Shown piece by piece: positions 54,772 to 63,999 of a stretch of DNA of 64,000 nucleotides. The notes beneath the pieces were generated by a model that saw only the letters and a program-made list of their open reading frames with translations, was not told where the DNA came from and did no database searches. The translations under genes and the position numbers were made by a program. Each line of letters opens with the position of its first letter. Within the stretch, counting starts at the first letter, position 1. Source of the DNA: a virus; IMG/VR virus record IMGVR_UViG_3300025853_000044, positions 31,368 through 95,367 of that record; one strand, 5' to 3'.

Positions 54772-56084
54772 AATCCCTCAGCGTATGTACCTATCGTGTC
54801 AGCATTTAAGCCCCACTTATCAAGAAGAGAAGCGGCTTTGTTTTTATGTTCTTTCCAATTGTTGTAGGTAACCAATTGATACAACTCAGTCTTTCGCATG
54901 GTGTCCTTCTCTTCAATGTAATTCAACACCGCTTTGGCTTGTAGTGATTTGAGTTTAAGGTGTGGAAGCACCCCTTTGAGTATTTCACGAATGTCATTCT
55001 TTGATGAGAAAATAAGGCGATGAACGGGCTTAATGGTATTTTTTGCCAACTTTTGGTCGGACACAAGGCGACCACAACCAATCATTTTTTGCAATTCTTC
55101 ACAATGGCTGAAACCATTGTCGCCACTGGCTACAATCGTCACACGAGGGTCGCCACGCTCGGAGATGAAAATGCTTCCATCGGCATCAACAAAACCAGCG
55201 GTGTATGCCCACATGTCTTTGATGATGAAACCATCAGTGCCTTGTTTGACAAAAGTTTGTCGTGCGCTACCTTTGTACACATCAACCTCTTCACCATACA
55301 TTTTGAGTAAAGAACTCATTTTACCGGCTGTCATGGATTTGTTAAGGGTTCCATAGCCTCTACGCACAATTTCACGACTTCCGAGAGCACCTTCCTTTTG
55401 TAAAAGGTCGGATGCGAAATGCAATGCGGCTACATCTGTCTTTTTTAACCCATCAATTTGATGCAGTGTGTTCTTCCACATCTTTTGGGCTTCTTTCTTC
55501 ATGTCGTTTGCATCAACCCAGTTTTGCTGGTCGTCAGTGTTCCAATCCAACTTGTCGTTAAGGTGTTGAAGCACTGTAATTGCTTTGAGGTATTGTTGAC
55601 ATGATTTTTGTAAACTGATACCACGGGATTCACCAAATTTACGCAATGCTTTGAGTGAGCGGTCATCAAGTCCGATATTGCGTATGACATCCTCCATACC
55701 ATCAGCCCATGAAAGAGATTTGATGGTCAAATCAACCTCCATGGCTTTTACACGGCGTATGTCTTTGATGATGCCGTCATATTCATCCCGAAACGATTTG
55801 TCGTGTCGGCGCATTTTGCGACACATGCGAATAATAGTGTTGGCATCGGTACCGTATTTACTTTCAAACCAGCCATCTCCGTTTTTTGCAAACCGTGATA
55901 CTGCGTTGTCTTCTTTGATGACTGTATTTAAAGTCTTAAGGGGTACACTTTGTGGCTGAAAATGGGGATGTTGAGCAATACTTTTCAAAACAGTATTGGA
56001 AAAATCATCTGCGACACGCAACGGTACATCGTACTCGTCACCGATAAACAGACTCCCCCACATATTGACCACTGGATTGACCAT
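54768..56084 (-). CDS. Free-standing protein with a single C-terminal LAGLIDADG domain and a long N-terminal region
   Basis: WAYTAGFVDADGSIFI...LQKMIGCG...VLPHLKLKSLQA. Confidence 0.8.
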   Translation of the reverse strand: MVNPVVNMWGSLFIGDEYDVPLRVADDFSNTVLKSIAQHPHFQPQSVPLKTLNTVIKEDNAVSRFAKNGDGWFESKYGTDANTIIRMCRKMRRHDKSFRDEYDGIIKDIRRVKAMEVDLTIKSLSWADGMEDVIRNIGLDDRSLKALRKFGESRGISLQKSCQQYLKAITVLQHLNDKLDWNTDDQQNWVDANDMKKEAQKMWKNTLHQIDGLKKTDVAALHFASDLLQKEGALGSREIVRRGYGTLNKSMTAGKMSSLLKMYGEEVDVYKGSARQTFVKQGTDGFIIKDMWAYTAGFVDADGSIFISERGDPRVTIVASGDNGFSHCEELQKMIGCGRLVSDQKLAKNTIKPVHRLIFSSKNDIREILKGVLPHLKLKSLQAKAVLNYIEEKDTMRKTELYQLVTYNNWKEHKNKAASLLDKWGLNADTIGTYAEGL

Positions 56085-56088
56085 TCAT

Positions 56089-56487
56089 TTAATCCTTCTT
56101 CTTTTTGACACCGACTTTTTTCGGTTTGGCTGTGACCGCAATCACCATTACCATACCCTTCTTGCCTTTCATGTCTTTCTTTTTGTCTTTCATTGCTTTC
56201 ACCACCGTTGGTTTGCCGCCAACGCCTTGCTTTTTTGCACGCTTGCGTTTGGTAGCGGCTTGTTTTTGACCTTCACTCATAGAGCCACTGGTCTTAGGAG
56301 TTTTACTTGATACTTTGACGGAGGGACGGCACTTTGGGTAGCCTTTGCTTCCCTTCTTCGCTTTAGAACGGCCACATGGAGGGTGTTTTCCGTCTTTGTT
56401 CTTACGGGACACATCCACCCATTTCTCCTTGAACCAACGGTTCAAGTTTTTCACGATGAGAACATCATTCACTCTTTCCTCACCCAC
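56089..56487 (-). CDS. Small basic protein (DUF5872-like)
   Basis: LNRWFKEKWVDV...PCGRSKA...YPKCRP. Confidence 0.65.
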   Translation of the reverse strand: MGEERVNDVLIVKNLNRWFKEKWVDVSRKNKDGKHPPCGRSKAKKGSKGYPKCRPSVKVSSKTPKTSGSMSEGQKQAATKRKRAKKQGVGGKPTVVKAMKDKKKDMKGKKGMVMVIAVTAKPKKVGVKKKKD

Positions 56488-56687
56488 GCATCACAAATAT
56501 GGTCAGCCATACAGTTGAAATCGTACCACTTACAAAAACCAGTCTTAGGGTCGTTTGTAGCAGAACTGTCCCATGCCTTACATGTGCCACAGTTTTTCTT
56601 TGCCTTCATCTCCTTTTCCGTTGCCTCACGGTAGTTGGGAGCATCACGCTTTGCTTTGAGAAAAGCCATAACATAATCAAAGTCCAT
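56469..56687 (-). CDS. Small 4-Cys protein with HiPIP-like spacing
   Basis: PNYR...NCGTC...GFCKWY...HICDAW. Confidence 0.6.
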   Translation of the reverse strand: MDFDYVMAFLKAKRDAPNYREATEKEMKAKKNCGTCKAWDSSATNDPKTGFCKWYDFNCMADHICDAWVRKE

Positions 56688-56904
56688 CGTTTTTCACCGC
56701 CTCAAATGGATTTACAGGTTCAACCGGAGATTGTTCGGGCACCATGGTGTAGCATCCTGCACACATCATATCACCGCCACTTCTCTTACGGTACAACCCT
56801 CTCCCGCAATTGGGACAAGGTTGTTCGGGCTTTACACGAATCCAAGGGTCAGGATTTTCCGAATAAAACTTCAAAATATCCCAACTTTCTTCAAAGGGTT
56901 TCAC
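56677..56904 (-). CDS. Small Zn-ribbon protein with an N-terminal SWDILK tag
   Basis: MKPFEESWDILKF...CPNCG...CAGC. Confidence 0.65.
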   Translation of the reverse strand: MKPFEESWDILKFYSENPDPWIRVKPEQPCPNCGRGLYRKRSGGDMMCAGCYTMVPEQSPVEPVNPFEAVKNDGL

Positions 56905-57092
56905 TTCTTCTTACCTCCCTTTTTCTTGCGGAATTTACCTCGGCAGTATTGAACAGCCCAACCGTTAGCATAAGCAGACGGGTACACCTTGAACTTCCGC
57001 TTAGCGGCGGCTTTACCTTCGGGACACAGTTTCTTTTCAAGAGCGTCCCAAGCAATCCCCATTCCAAAGCAATGTCCACATTCACAAGTCAT
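56901..57092 (-). CDS. Small basic protein with AWDALEK tag and PSAYA motif
   Basis: CECGHC.GMGIAWDALEK...KFKVYPSAYANGW. Confidence 0.65.
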   Translation of the reverse strand: MTCECGHCFGMGIAWDALEKKLCPEGKAAAKRKFKVYPSAYANGWAVQYCRGKFRKKKGGKKK

Positions 57093-57121
57093 TCAAAACC
57101 CCCAGTCATCAAAAGGAAACA

Positions 57122-58612
57122 TCATGGAATCATCCACCCATCAGCAGGATTGTGTTCTTTTGAGCGGTGTGGTTTACCACGAATCCACTCATCAAAGCCG
57201 GGTAACACATCGTCAAGCAGGACAACCGAGCCTTTGAACTCCTTGGTAGCCCAGTTTGCCAGTGCAAGTGACATAGCCAAGTCATCGTGAGTACCCACGC
57301 TTTCCAATTTACCATTTTTCTGCATACCGAAACGGTTGAGTTCAGTTTCCAATTTGTGAGTAAACTCACGGCTTCGTTTGTCACCGTATGGAGTTTGAAT
57401 GCGGCCTTGCTCAAAAGCCATCAAAAGGGACATGAACAGGCTTTCCTTGCGTGTGCGTGTTGTCATGAAAGTCTTGATTGGAATGTCTTGGCGCATTTCA
57501 AGGAGTTCGGCTTGGAACATACGCTGGAAGTTGTTGCCTTCCAACTCAATGAGGTCGGGTTGGAAACGGTTGTTAAGCATCATGATTTGATTTTTCTGCG
57601 CCAGTCCCGACATACCACGCTCGTGAACGATGCCAACGATTTGTTTGACATCCTCACCCGGAAGCATACGCATGACGGTCATAGCGGTGAAGTCAGCGTT
57701 TTTATCCGATGCAATGGCTGTGTCCCACCCAATGAAATGTTGACCGAAAACTCCCATTGGTTCTCCTTCAGCATCGTACTCGGTATCAGCACGGTCAAGC
57801 AACACGAGGTCTTTGTTGCGTGCCTTTTCCAAGATGTCGTTAGGAAACATACTGGCAACATCGTGGATAGGCTCACACAGGTACTCACGAGAAAACTGAA
57901 TGGCTGGCATGGTGAGTCGCCGCTCGTTAAGTGAGTCTAAATCCCATCGCTCCGGCCACAGGGCTTCGCCTTCTTTGTTGATAGCGGGGTATGTTTCCAC
58001 TTGGAATGTTTCAGTTTGTTCCAACTGAGAGTACAAGTCGTTGTACGAAAACGGCGTACCCACCATCATAAGGCGACCCGTGTGGTGGAGAACAGGGAGC
58101 AGGACACCGTAGAACCAGTCTGCGGCACGCTGTAGTTCGGTACCCGTCGTACCCCACAGAATATCGTCGCACAACACAACATCCGGGTGGAAACCACGAG
58201 TACCACCGCCGACCGACTTGGCCATGATACGGCTACCATTGCTGAACTCAAAGTAGGTCTTGCGCCATGGTCGGCCTTCGGGGATGAGGTAGCGAATGGA
58301 GGGCGTGTTCTCAATGTTTTGACGGATGAAACGCATGTGTTCAAGCGTCTGTTCCAACGAGTGCGAGAAAATCATGATGTGCTTACCCGGCTGGAAAGCG
58401 GCAATCCACAGGGCGTAGGACATGAAGAACACGGACTTGCCGTGGTCACGAGATGCTTTCACGCAGTAGTATCGGTTGTCAGCCAGTCCTTTGTCCCACG
58501 ACTTGTGATGGCCCGAATAATCAAAGCCCAAAATCTCCTTGAAGAAGTATTCAAACGACTTTGCAGACATCTTTCTGTCCATGTCGTGAATAAACCCCTC
58601 CATGTCGCTCAT
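57122..58612 (-). CDS. terL: Terminase large subunit
   Basis: Walker A ASRDHGKS, Walker B VVLCDD, MVGTP, nuclease motifs IGWDTA and HDDLAMS. Confidence 0.93.
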   Translation of the reverse strand: MSDMEGFIHDMDRKMSAKSFEYFFKEILGFDYSGHHKSWDKGLADNRYYCVKASRDHGKSVFFMSYALWIAAFQPGKHIMIFSHSLEQTLEHMRFIRQNIENTPSIRYLIPEGRPWRKTYFEFSNGSRIMAKSVGGGTRGFHPDVVLCDDILWGTTGTELQRAADWFYGVLLPVLHHTGRLMMVGTPFSYNDLYSQLEQTETFQVETYPAINKEGEALWPERWDLDSLNERRLTMPAIQFSREYLCEPIHDVASMFPNDILEKARNKDLVLLDRADTEYDAEGEPMGVFGQHFIGWDTAIASDKNADFTAMTVMRMLPGEDVKQIVGIVHERGMSGLAQKNQIMMLNNRFQPDLIELEGNNFQRMFQAELLEMRQDIPIKTFMTTRTRKESLFMSLLMAFEQGRIQTPYGDKRSREFTHKLETELNRFGMQKNGKLESVGTHDDLAMSLALANWATKEFKGSVVLLDDVLPGFDEWIRGKPHRSKEHNPADGWMIP

Positions 58613-58616
58613 GGTA

Positions 58617-59540
58617 TCACCGCATCACTTTGTCCATGTACACTCGGAAGGCGAGTAAACCAGCCACATGTGGGTCAGCCTTGTGGAGCATGTCGCCAAA
58701 CTCGTTAAGCACTTGTTCTACAAAAGAGCGGAGAACAGGGTATGGTTGTCCAGTTGCCGGGTTAATTGTCCCTTGATAGTGAGTAAGACTGGCTGGTTGT
58801 AATGGATTAGCCGTTGAAGTAGGCTCTTCTTGATTATACATGGGTTGTACTGAACCATGTGTTGCTTGAATTATTTCGGGACTTACTGGTTGCTCCGATG
58901 CCACTGGCTGTATTGGTGGCGTTTGTTGCATATGGTCTGCTGGCGGCGTTGGTAAGTTTGCTGGTGGTGTTTGTGCAGGGACAGGAGGTGTTGGTAAGTT
59001 TGCTGGTGGTTGTGTTGCCGGTGTCGCAGAAGAGGAACCATAGGTGGGGGGTGCTACACCAACAGTAAGGTTGCCTTGTCTCGGTGGCGTGGCCTGTTGC
59101 ATCATAGCGTTTTGAGCCATCGTTTGTTGTTGTTGGTTGAATGCCTCCGTAGCCATGTCTTGGGTCTGCTGTGCTTCAGTAGGTCTGTTCGCCGTCAAAC
59201 CTTGCACATTCTGTGCATAAGTGTCTCCAACACTACCAAGCGCACCAACATTGCCTCCTTGTAGGCCGTATGCTGTTTGAAGACCCGTCAAAGCGGCGGC
59301 GAGTCCACGACCTGCGAGGTTAGCACCTGCACCCAATCTTTGCATCCTTGTAGGTGCGGCACCGGGAAGTTGTGCGCCGGGAATAAATGATTGACCACCT
59401 TGTGGATTAAGGCCCATTGCTCCACCACGAACAGCGGCCAAGTCTTGCATCAAGCCACCTTGACCTCGCCCGCCTACCTCACGAGTGTACATAATGCCGC
59501 CGCCACCGGCTTGCTTTCTCACTAAAATCGGTTTTTTCAT
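58617..59540 (-). CDS. Low-complexity Gly/Ala then Pro/Gln-rich protein (possible internal/ejection protein)
   Basis: LGAGANLAGRGLAAALTGL; PPANLPTPP occurs twice. Confidence 0.6.
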   Translation of the reverse strand: MKKPILVRKQAGGGGIMYTREVGGRGQGGLMQDLAAVRGGAMGLNPQGGQSFIPGAQLPGAAPTRMQRLGAGANLAGRGLAAALTGLQTAYGLQGGNVGALGSVGDTYAQNVQGLTANRPTEAQQTQDMATEAFNQQQQTMAQNAMMQQATPPRQGNLTVGVAPPTYGSSSATPATQPPANLPTPPVPAQTPPANLPTPPADHMQQTPPIQPVASEQPVSPEIIQATHGSVQPMYNQEEPTSTANPLQPASLTHYQGTINPATGQPYPVLRSFVEQVLNEFGDMLHKADPHVAGLLAFRVYMDKVMR

Positions 59541-61516
59541 CGTCGTCCACCTTTTACAATTTGCATGACATCATCCATGGCTTTGTCCATGGACTTGTAA
59601 TACTCGCTGAGAAGAGATTGCTGTGGGTCAGCCATGAGTCGCTGTGCCGCCGCTTCCATAGGAGAAAGCGGTGCATCGCTCATCGGCATGGGTCTGCGAC
59701 GGCCCGATTGTTCAAGCAGTTGTCGGAACTGCATGGGGTCAAGTTGCCCAATTTGCGGTCGCAATTGTTGATATTGCTGTCTCGCAGTATGCGGGAAAGA
59801 AGAAGGTGCCGCCCGAACCGGAGTAGGAACCGGAGAAGTAGTACCCGTTACAGGAGAAACGGGCTGAACAGGTGAAGAAATGACCTGCGGTTCGGGCGAC
59901 TGTGTAAGGGAGGGGTCAAACGCCTCCGTTGGTGCAAAATCATGGATTTCGTGAAAGTACGCATCCATGTGAGGGTCAAGAGGAGGCATGGAGTATTCTC
60001 CTGTCTCGGTATTGAGTTCGGGGTAGCCGCCAATGGACATACCGGGACGAGCGGTGGTAGGGATGTCACCAATACCTCGCTTAACCTCGTGGCCTTGTGC
60101 GCTGGCTTGATGGTCAGCCAATGCTTCCAAAACATTTCGGAAACGGTCAACTTGACCCATAAGACCCTCACTGTGATACATACCCATGGCTTGAAGTTCA
60201 TCAGCCGAGATACCGTGTTCACCAAATCGGCTACGACCTTCTTCACTACCCTCACCCGATGCACGGGCAAGAGCGAACATACGCTTAGCGGATTCGTGCA
60301 TTCCCTTGCCGCCTTTTGCACCCGCTGAGAGGTACTTGGCCTGCTCACCTGCTGAGAGCATGTCTTCGGATGCACCATACTTTTCCATCATGTGGTCGTA
60401 CAACTTTTTGAAATTACCTTGCCCACTACGACCAAACAGAAACATCATAGCAGGTACATGAGCCATGTCTTCTATCAGTTTATTTCGCAATTCGGGAGTT
60501 TGAAGGATTTCGTGAAGTGGTCGGCTTATCATGTTAGGGGCACCAAACGAACCAGTATTGACCGTGACATCTACATTGGGAATGTGTTCTATACCTTGTT
60601 GTAAAGCACTTTGAATCATTTTTGATGCCGCTTGATATAACCCATCTTTGTGTTCCCAAGAATGCTTTTTTCCTGTTTTTTGCATTTTTTCGTTAAGAGC
60701 AGGGTAAAAGAAAGCGTCGGGAAGGTGGTGCAAAACTTCCCATGTATGTACACCTTCTGTTTCACCAAAAAATCCTTCGGGGCCACGCCCCATCATGCTC
60801 TCATCAATGTCAGCACCGTGTTGCTTTTGATTTGAAACGAGGAAGTTTTTAGGTGTAAGAAAGTGAGGTTGCATCCAAGGATAGTCAAGAAACTTAAGTC
60901 CTTGTCGTATTTCTTGTGTTGGAATACCCATATCCTCTAATTGGTGAGTTATGTTACGGTGAAATGGAATGTAGCCACCCTCAACGAATTTACCAACAGG
61001 GGTGGACATGTGATTCTTATTGGTGAGCATCGTGATTTTTGTACCACCCTTTGTTCGTGCAGGCATGGTATTTTTTTCTCTTGTTGCATCCCCTCCGGGC
61101 ATATCCGAAGCCCTAATTTTACGCCATTCGGGAGAGTCAAAACCCGCTAAAGCGTGTGCATCACCGTGAGAATGTGTGTCATTGAACTCGTTGATAGCGT
61201 TATTGATGACTTCGGAGACTGGAATGTTGAATCCTCTTGCACGAAGGAAATCACCAAGTCGGTGTGCTACAGCGTCAATAGGATGATGAAAATCACCGTA
61301 ATCTGTTTGATATGTTTTTTGACCGTGTTCTCCGATAGCCCACTGGCCGGGAAGAAGGTTGCCCACACCATCGTGAGCATGTGCAGGAAGGTCATCCTCT
61401 CCTTCGGGGCGGAAAGCCTGTGGTGGTGGGTTGCGAAAAATTTGCGCTCCCGCTGGCCCGTGCCCCACAAGGCTCCATGCCTTCTTGAGAGGACGACCCA
61501 CACGAATCATCATCAC
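59537..61516 (-). CDS. Hypothetical 659-aa protein
   Basis: Coupled ORF; N-terminal LKKAW, Pro-rich linker, C-terminal QSLLSEYY. Confidence 0.65.
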   Translation of the reverse strand: MMMIRVGRPLKKAWSLVGHGPAGAQIFRNPPPQAFRPEGEDDLPAHAHDGVGNLLPGQWAIGEHGQKTYQTDYGDFHHPIDAVAHRLGDFLRARGFNIPVSEVINNAINEFNDTHSHGDAHALAGFDSPEWRKIRASDMPGGDATREKNTMPARTKGGTKITMLTNKNHMSTPVGKFVEGGYIPFHRNITHQLEDMGIPTQEIRQGLKFLDYPWMQPHFLTPKNFLVSNQKQHGADIDESMMGRGPEGFFGETEGVHTWEVLHHLPDAFFYPALNEKMQKTGKKHSWEHKDGLYQAASKMIQSALQQGIEHIPNVDVTVNTGSFGAPNMISRPLHEILQTPELRNKLIEDMAHVPAMMFLFGRSGQGNFKKLYDHMMEKYGASEDMLSAGEQAKYLSAGAKGGKGMHESAKRMFALARASGEGSEEGRSRFGEHGISADELQAMGMYHSEGLMGQVDRFRNVLEALADHQASAQGHEVKRGIGDIPTTARPGMSIGGYPELNTETGEYSMPPLDPHMDAYFHEIHDFAPTEAFDPSLTQSPEPQVISSPVQPVSPVTGTTSPVPTPVRAAPSSFPHTARQQYQQLRPQIGQLDPMQFRQLLEQSGRRRPMPMSDAPLSPMEAAAQRLMADPQQSLLSEYYKSMDKAMDDVMQIVKGGRR

Positions 61517-63294
61517 ATGTGCCCCCTTCGGCTGTTGATGATACCAACAGGGTCAAGCCCGAAGGTCTTAGCATCTGTCTCAAGGTTCTCAGTTGGGCCT
61601 TGTGGGTCTTCGTCATCAGTCGGTTTGACACCAGCAGGATGACCGGGTAAATCTGCGGCATCTGTCGCTGTCAAGTTTTTCTTTATTTTCGCTTCACGCT
61701 CTTTGGCTTGAATAAGCCGTCGCATGAGATTAAGCAACTCAATACGATGAAGACTGTTGCGAGCCTTAAGTATTTCACTTCGGTATCGCTCTTCACTCAT
61801 CATAATGCTGGAAGAAGGAGAAGGCATAGCAGGCACGCTGGATTGTGCCTGTGGCATCATAGGAGGAGAAGGAGGCATAGGAGCACGCATACGAGGCATA
61901 CGAGGCATACGAGGACGACGCATACGACGAAGTGCCGGACGAGCCATTTGTCCACTTTGTCCAGCCATCAATCCACCGAGTCGTCCAGCACCCGTAGGGC
62001 CAGCGTAGTTGGAGCGGGCACCATACCTTGCGTGCGGTGAGAACGGTGTGCGAACATTGCCCAAGATTTTACGGGCCTCGGATTGTCCTTTGTACTGCGT
62101 GTACTTCTGCGGGTCTTTGGATAGCGGTTGCTTGGTTTGAATACCACGGTGGCTCATCTCAACCGATAGGTGTGGCTTCATCAGCCCCGTCTTTTTGCCG
62201 CTTTTGATACCACGCATCTGTGCTTTGAAGCGGCGCATCGTTGCACCAGCCCCACCGCTCATACCACCCGGTGGTGTCTTGAATTGTCCAGTAGATGGAC
62301 GAAACTGTTGGCGTGCCTCACGCCGTCGTCGCCCTGCAATTGAGCGTGGAGTTTCACGCTTAAGCAGGCTACTCCAAGCATCCTCCATCGGCTCGCTGGC
62401 ATTCTTTGTTCTAAAATCATCATCGGGTTCACCCATTTGGGGGCCAATGAGTTGTCCGAGATAATTCAAATTAGTGTACAAACCTGCTATATTTGCGGCT
62501 ACTTGAGCATGTGAAGGTGCATCACTGAGCATCCTCGTCATATCCGCATTTTGATGTTGGTCAAGGAATTGTTGTGGTACAGTATCCCCCTTACCTTGCA
62601 TCATTGCATCCAAAACCAACAAAGAATTACGATGCTCCATTACCATGTCCATTGATGCCTGTGGATGAAGGTTTTCTTCGTGCATACCGCTTAGCGTTTC
62701 TGCATCTCCATGATGGTGGTTTTTGTAACCCATTGCATCCATCATTCCGCTGTTGACCAAGTTCTGTATCATTGGCGTTTCCATACCCATAATTTGGTCA
62801 TACCACTCGTGATTGGGTGATTTGAATACCTCGTTTAAATTGAATGAAAACGGCTCTTCATCCTGCTTTAACAAACTACTCCAAGCATCTTCCATCGGCT
62901 CGCTCATGGCGATTGGGAGGCCGGGACTCATGGCTGAGCCTGTTCCACTCTTTGCCCCAGTAGCAAGGTCAAGAAGTGTACCCCGACTTCCAGCAGGGCC
63001 ACCAGCCAAACCAATTTCACGCTCAGCATCACGCTTGTTGCCATCATCCAACGGGGATGGAGACTCTTCTCCGCTTAATCCTTGCGTGGCACGGATTTTG
63101 ATGTGCTTAATTTTTGCACGCTTGGCTTTCTTCTCCTCAGCCTTGCGCTTCTTTTCCTCACGCTTTTGCTCGTTGTACTCCGGGTCGGACGGGCTGTACT
63201 TGGTTTCATCCTCGTTGGCCGAGGAGTACATTTTGTCCGACTCGCTACGAGGCGAGTACATGCGAGTATCGGAGCCACGACCCATCATTGGCAT
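61513..63294 (-). CDS. Modular low-complexity protein with duplicated SEPMEDAWSSLLK
   Basis: Two identical 13-aa motifs; Arg/Lys-rich and (RMP)n segments. Confidence 0.7.
   Translation of the reverse strand: MPMMGRGSDTRMYSPRSESDKMYSSANEDETKYSPSDPEYNEQKREEKKRKAEEKKAKRAKIKHIKIRATQGLSGEESPSPLDDGNKRDAEREIGLAGGPAGSRGTLLDLATGAKSGTGSAMSPGLPIAMSEPMEDAWSSLLKQDEEPFSFNLNEVFKSPNHEWYDQIMGMETPMIQNLVNSGMMDAMGYKNHHHGDAETLSGMHEENLHPQASMDMVMEHRNSLLVLDAMMQGKGDTVPQQFLDQHQNADMTRMLSDAPSHAQVAANIAGLYTNLNYLGQLIGPQMGEPDDDFRTKNASEPMEDAWSSLLKRETPRSIAGRRRREARQQFRPSTGQFKTPPGGMSGGAGATMRRFKAQMRGIKSGKKTGLMKPHLSVEMSHRGIQTKQPLSKDPQKYTQYKGQSEARKILGNVRTPFSPHARYGARSNYAGPTGAGRLGGLMAGQSGQMARPALRRMRRPRMPRMPRMRAPMPPSPPMMPQAQSSVPAMPSPSSSIMMSEERYRSEILKARNSLHRIELLNLMRRLIQAKEREAKIKKNLTATDAADLPGHPAGVKPTDDEDPQGPTENLETDAKTFGLDPVGIINSRRGHM
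61887..61930. repeat. 9-bp tandem repeat encoding (RMP)n
   Basis: GCATACGAG repeated about 3-4 times. Confidence 0.75.
62359..62904. repeat. 39-bp imperfect direct repeats (62359-62397 and 62866-62904) flanking an in-frame cassette
   Basis: CTACTCCAAGCATC(C/T)TCCATCGGCTCGCT core in both copies. Confidence 0.85.
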
Positions 63295-63971
63295 TATTCA
63301 ACCCCCATGTTTTCTTGCAACTGCTTCTTAATTCGCATCCATGTGTCGGGGCTTTCCTTACCCAACTCCACTTGCAAAATGTTGAATGTTTGATTGACCT
63401 GCTGGCCGTCGCTCTTGGCACCCCATTGGTCTTGAAATCGCAGGAGGTCTTTGACAGTCTCACGCACTTCTTTATGTAGAGCCACAGCATCTCGCACGAA
63501 TCCGTCTTCATGAACTGTACCTTCATCCAACAACTCACTGAGTTTATGATTTAATTTCTCAGCATTTGAACGAAGAAGTGTAATTTCACTTCCAGCCGTG
63601 AGAGCGACTTCAATGGCGGCAGACTTCTGCACGAGTGGTTGGAAGTGATGTCGCATATGGTGGTACACATTGTCCTCGGAAATACCCATCTCTTGAGCAA
63701 TGTGTTCACTTACGCTTCCATCCTCAAAGTAAGCACGCTCATACTCGCTTCGCATGGGAGTGACACACAGCGCACAGTCGGTGTTTGCGGCCATGTGGTA
63801 GTCGCCCATGTGGTTGCGGAAATGACGGTCTGCGGTATTGCTTCTCCACCCCATATCTTTGTCCAGTTGACGGGCAGAAATGAAGCCTTGAAGCATTTGC
63901 TCTTCAAGTGAATCACGGTCTTCATGCGTGCAAAACGCACATGAGCGCTTCGTGACTCGCTCCCCCGCCAT
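63294..63971 (-). CDS. Tandem CxxC/HTH/HxxxH protein, possibly the terminase small subunit
   Basis: Two units (CAFC...RHFRNH; CALC...HHMRHH) plus a coiled coil; first gene of the late operon. Confidence 0.45.
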   Translation of the reverse strand: MAGERVTKRSCAFCTHEDRDSLEEQMLQGFISARQLDKDMGWRSNTADRHFRNHMGDYHMAANTDCALCVTPMRSEYERAYFEDGSVSEHIAQEMGISEDNVYHHMRHHFQPLVQKSAAIEVALTAGSEITLLRSNAEKLNHKLSELLDEGTVHEDGFVRDAVALHKEVRETVKDLLRFQDQWGAKSDGQQVNQTFNILQVELGKESPDTWMRIKKQLQENMGVE

Positions 63972-63991
63972 GGCGGTGTTAGGAAGTAGGG

Positions 63992-63999
63992 ATTAAAAA
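63992..63999 (-). promoter_or_regulatory. Candidate TATA box for the late operon
   Basis: TTTTTAAT on the - strand about 21-28 nt upstream of ATG 63971; no SD, consistent with a leaderless mRNA. Confidence 0.45.

Noticed and set aside
54768-56084. Intein or group I intron in portal or terminase
   Set aside because: Both genes are intact separate ORFs and the LAGLIDADG protein has no splicing motifs.
11290-63971. Numerous + strand ORFs of 60-260 aa
   Set aside because: They are antisense shadows of long - strand genes, with no recognisable motifs.
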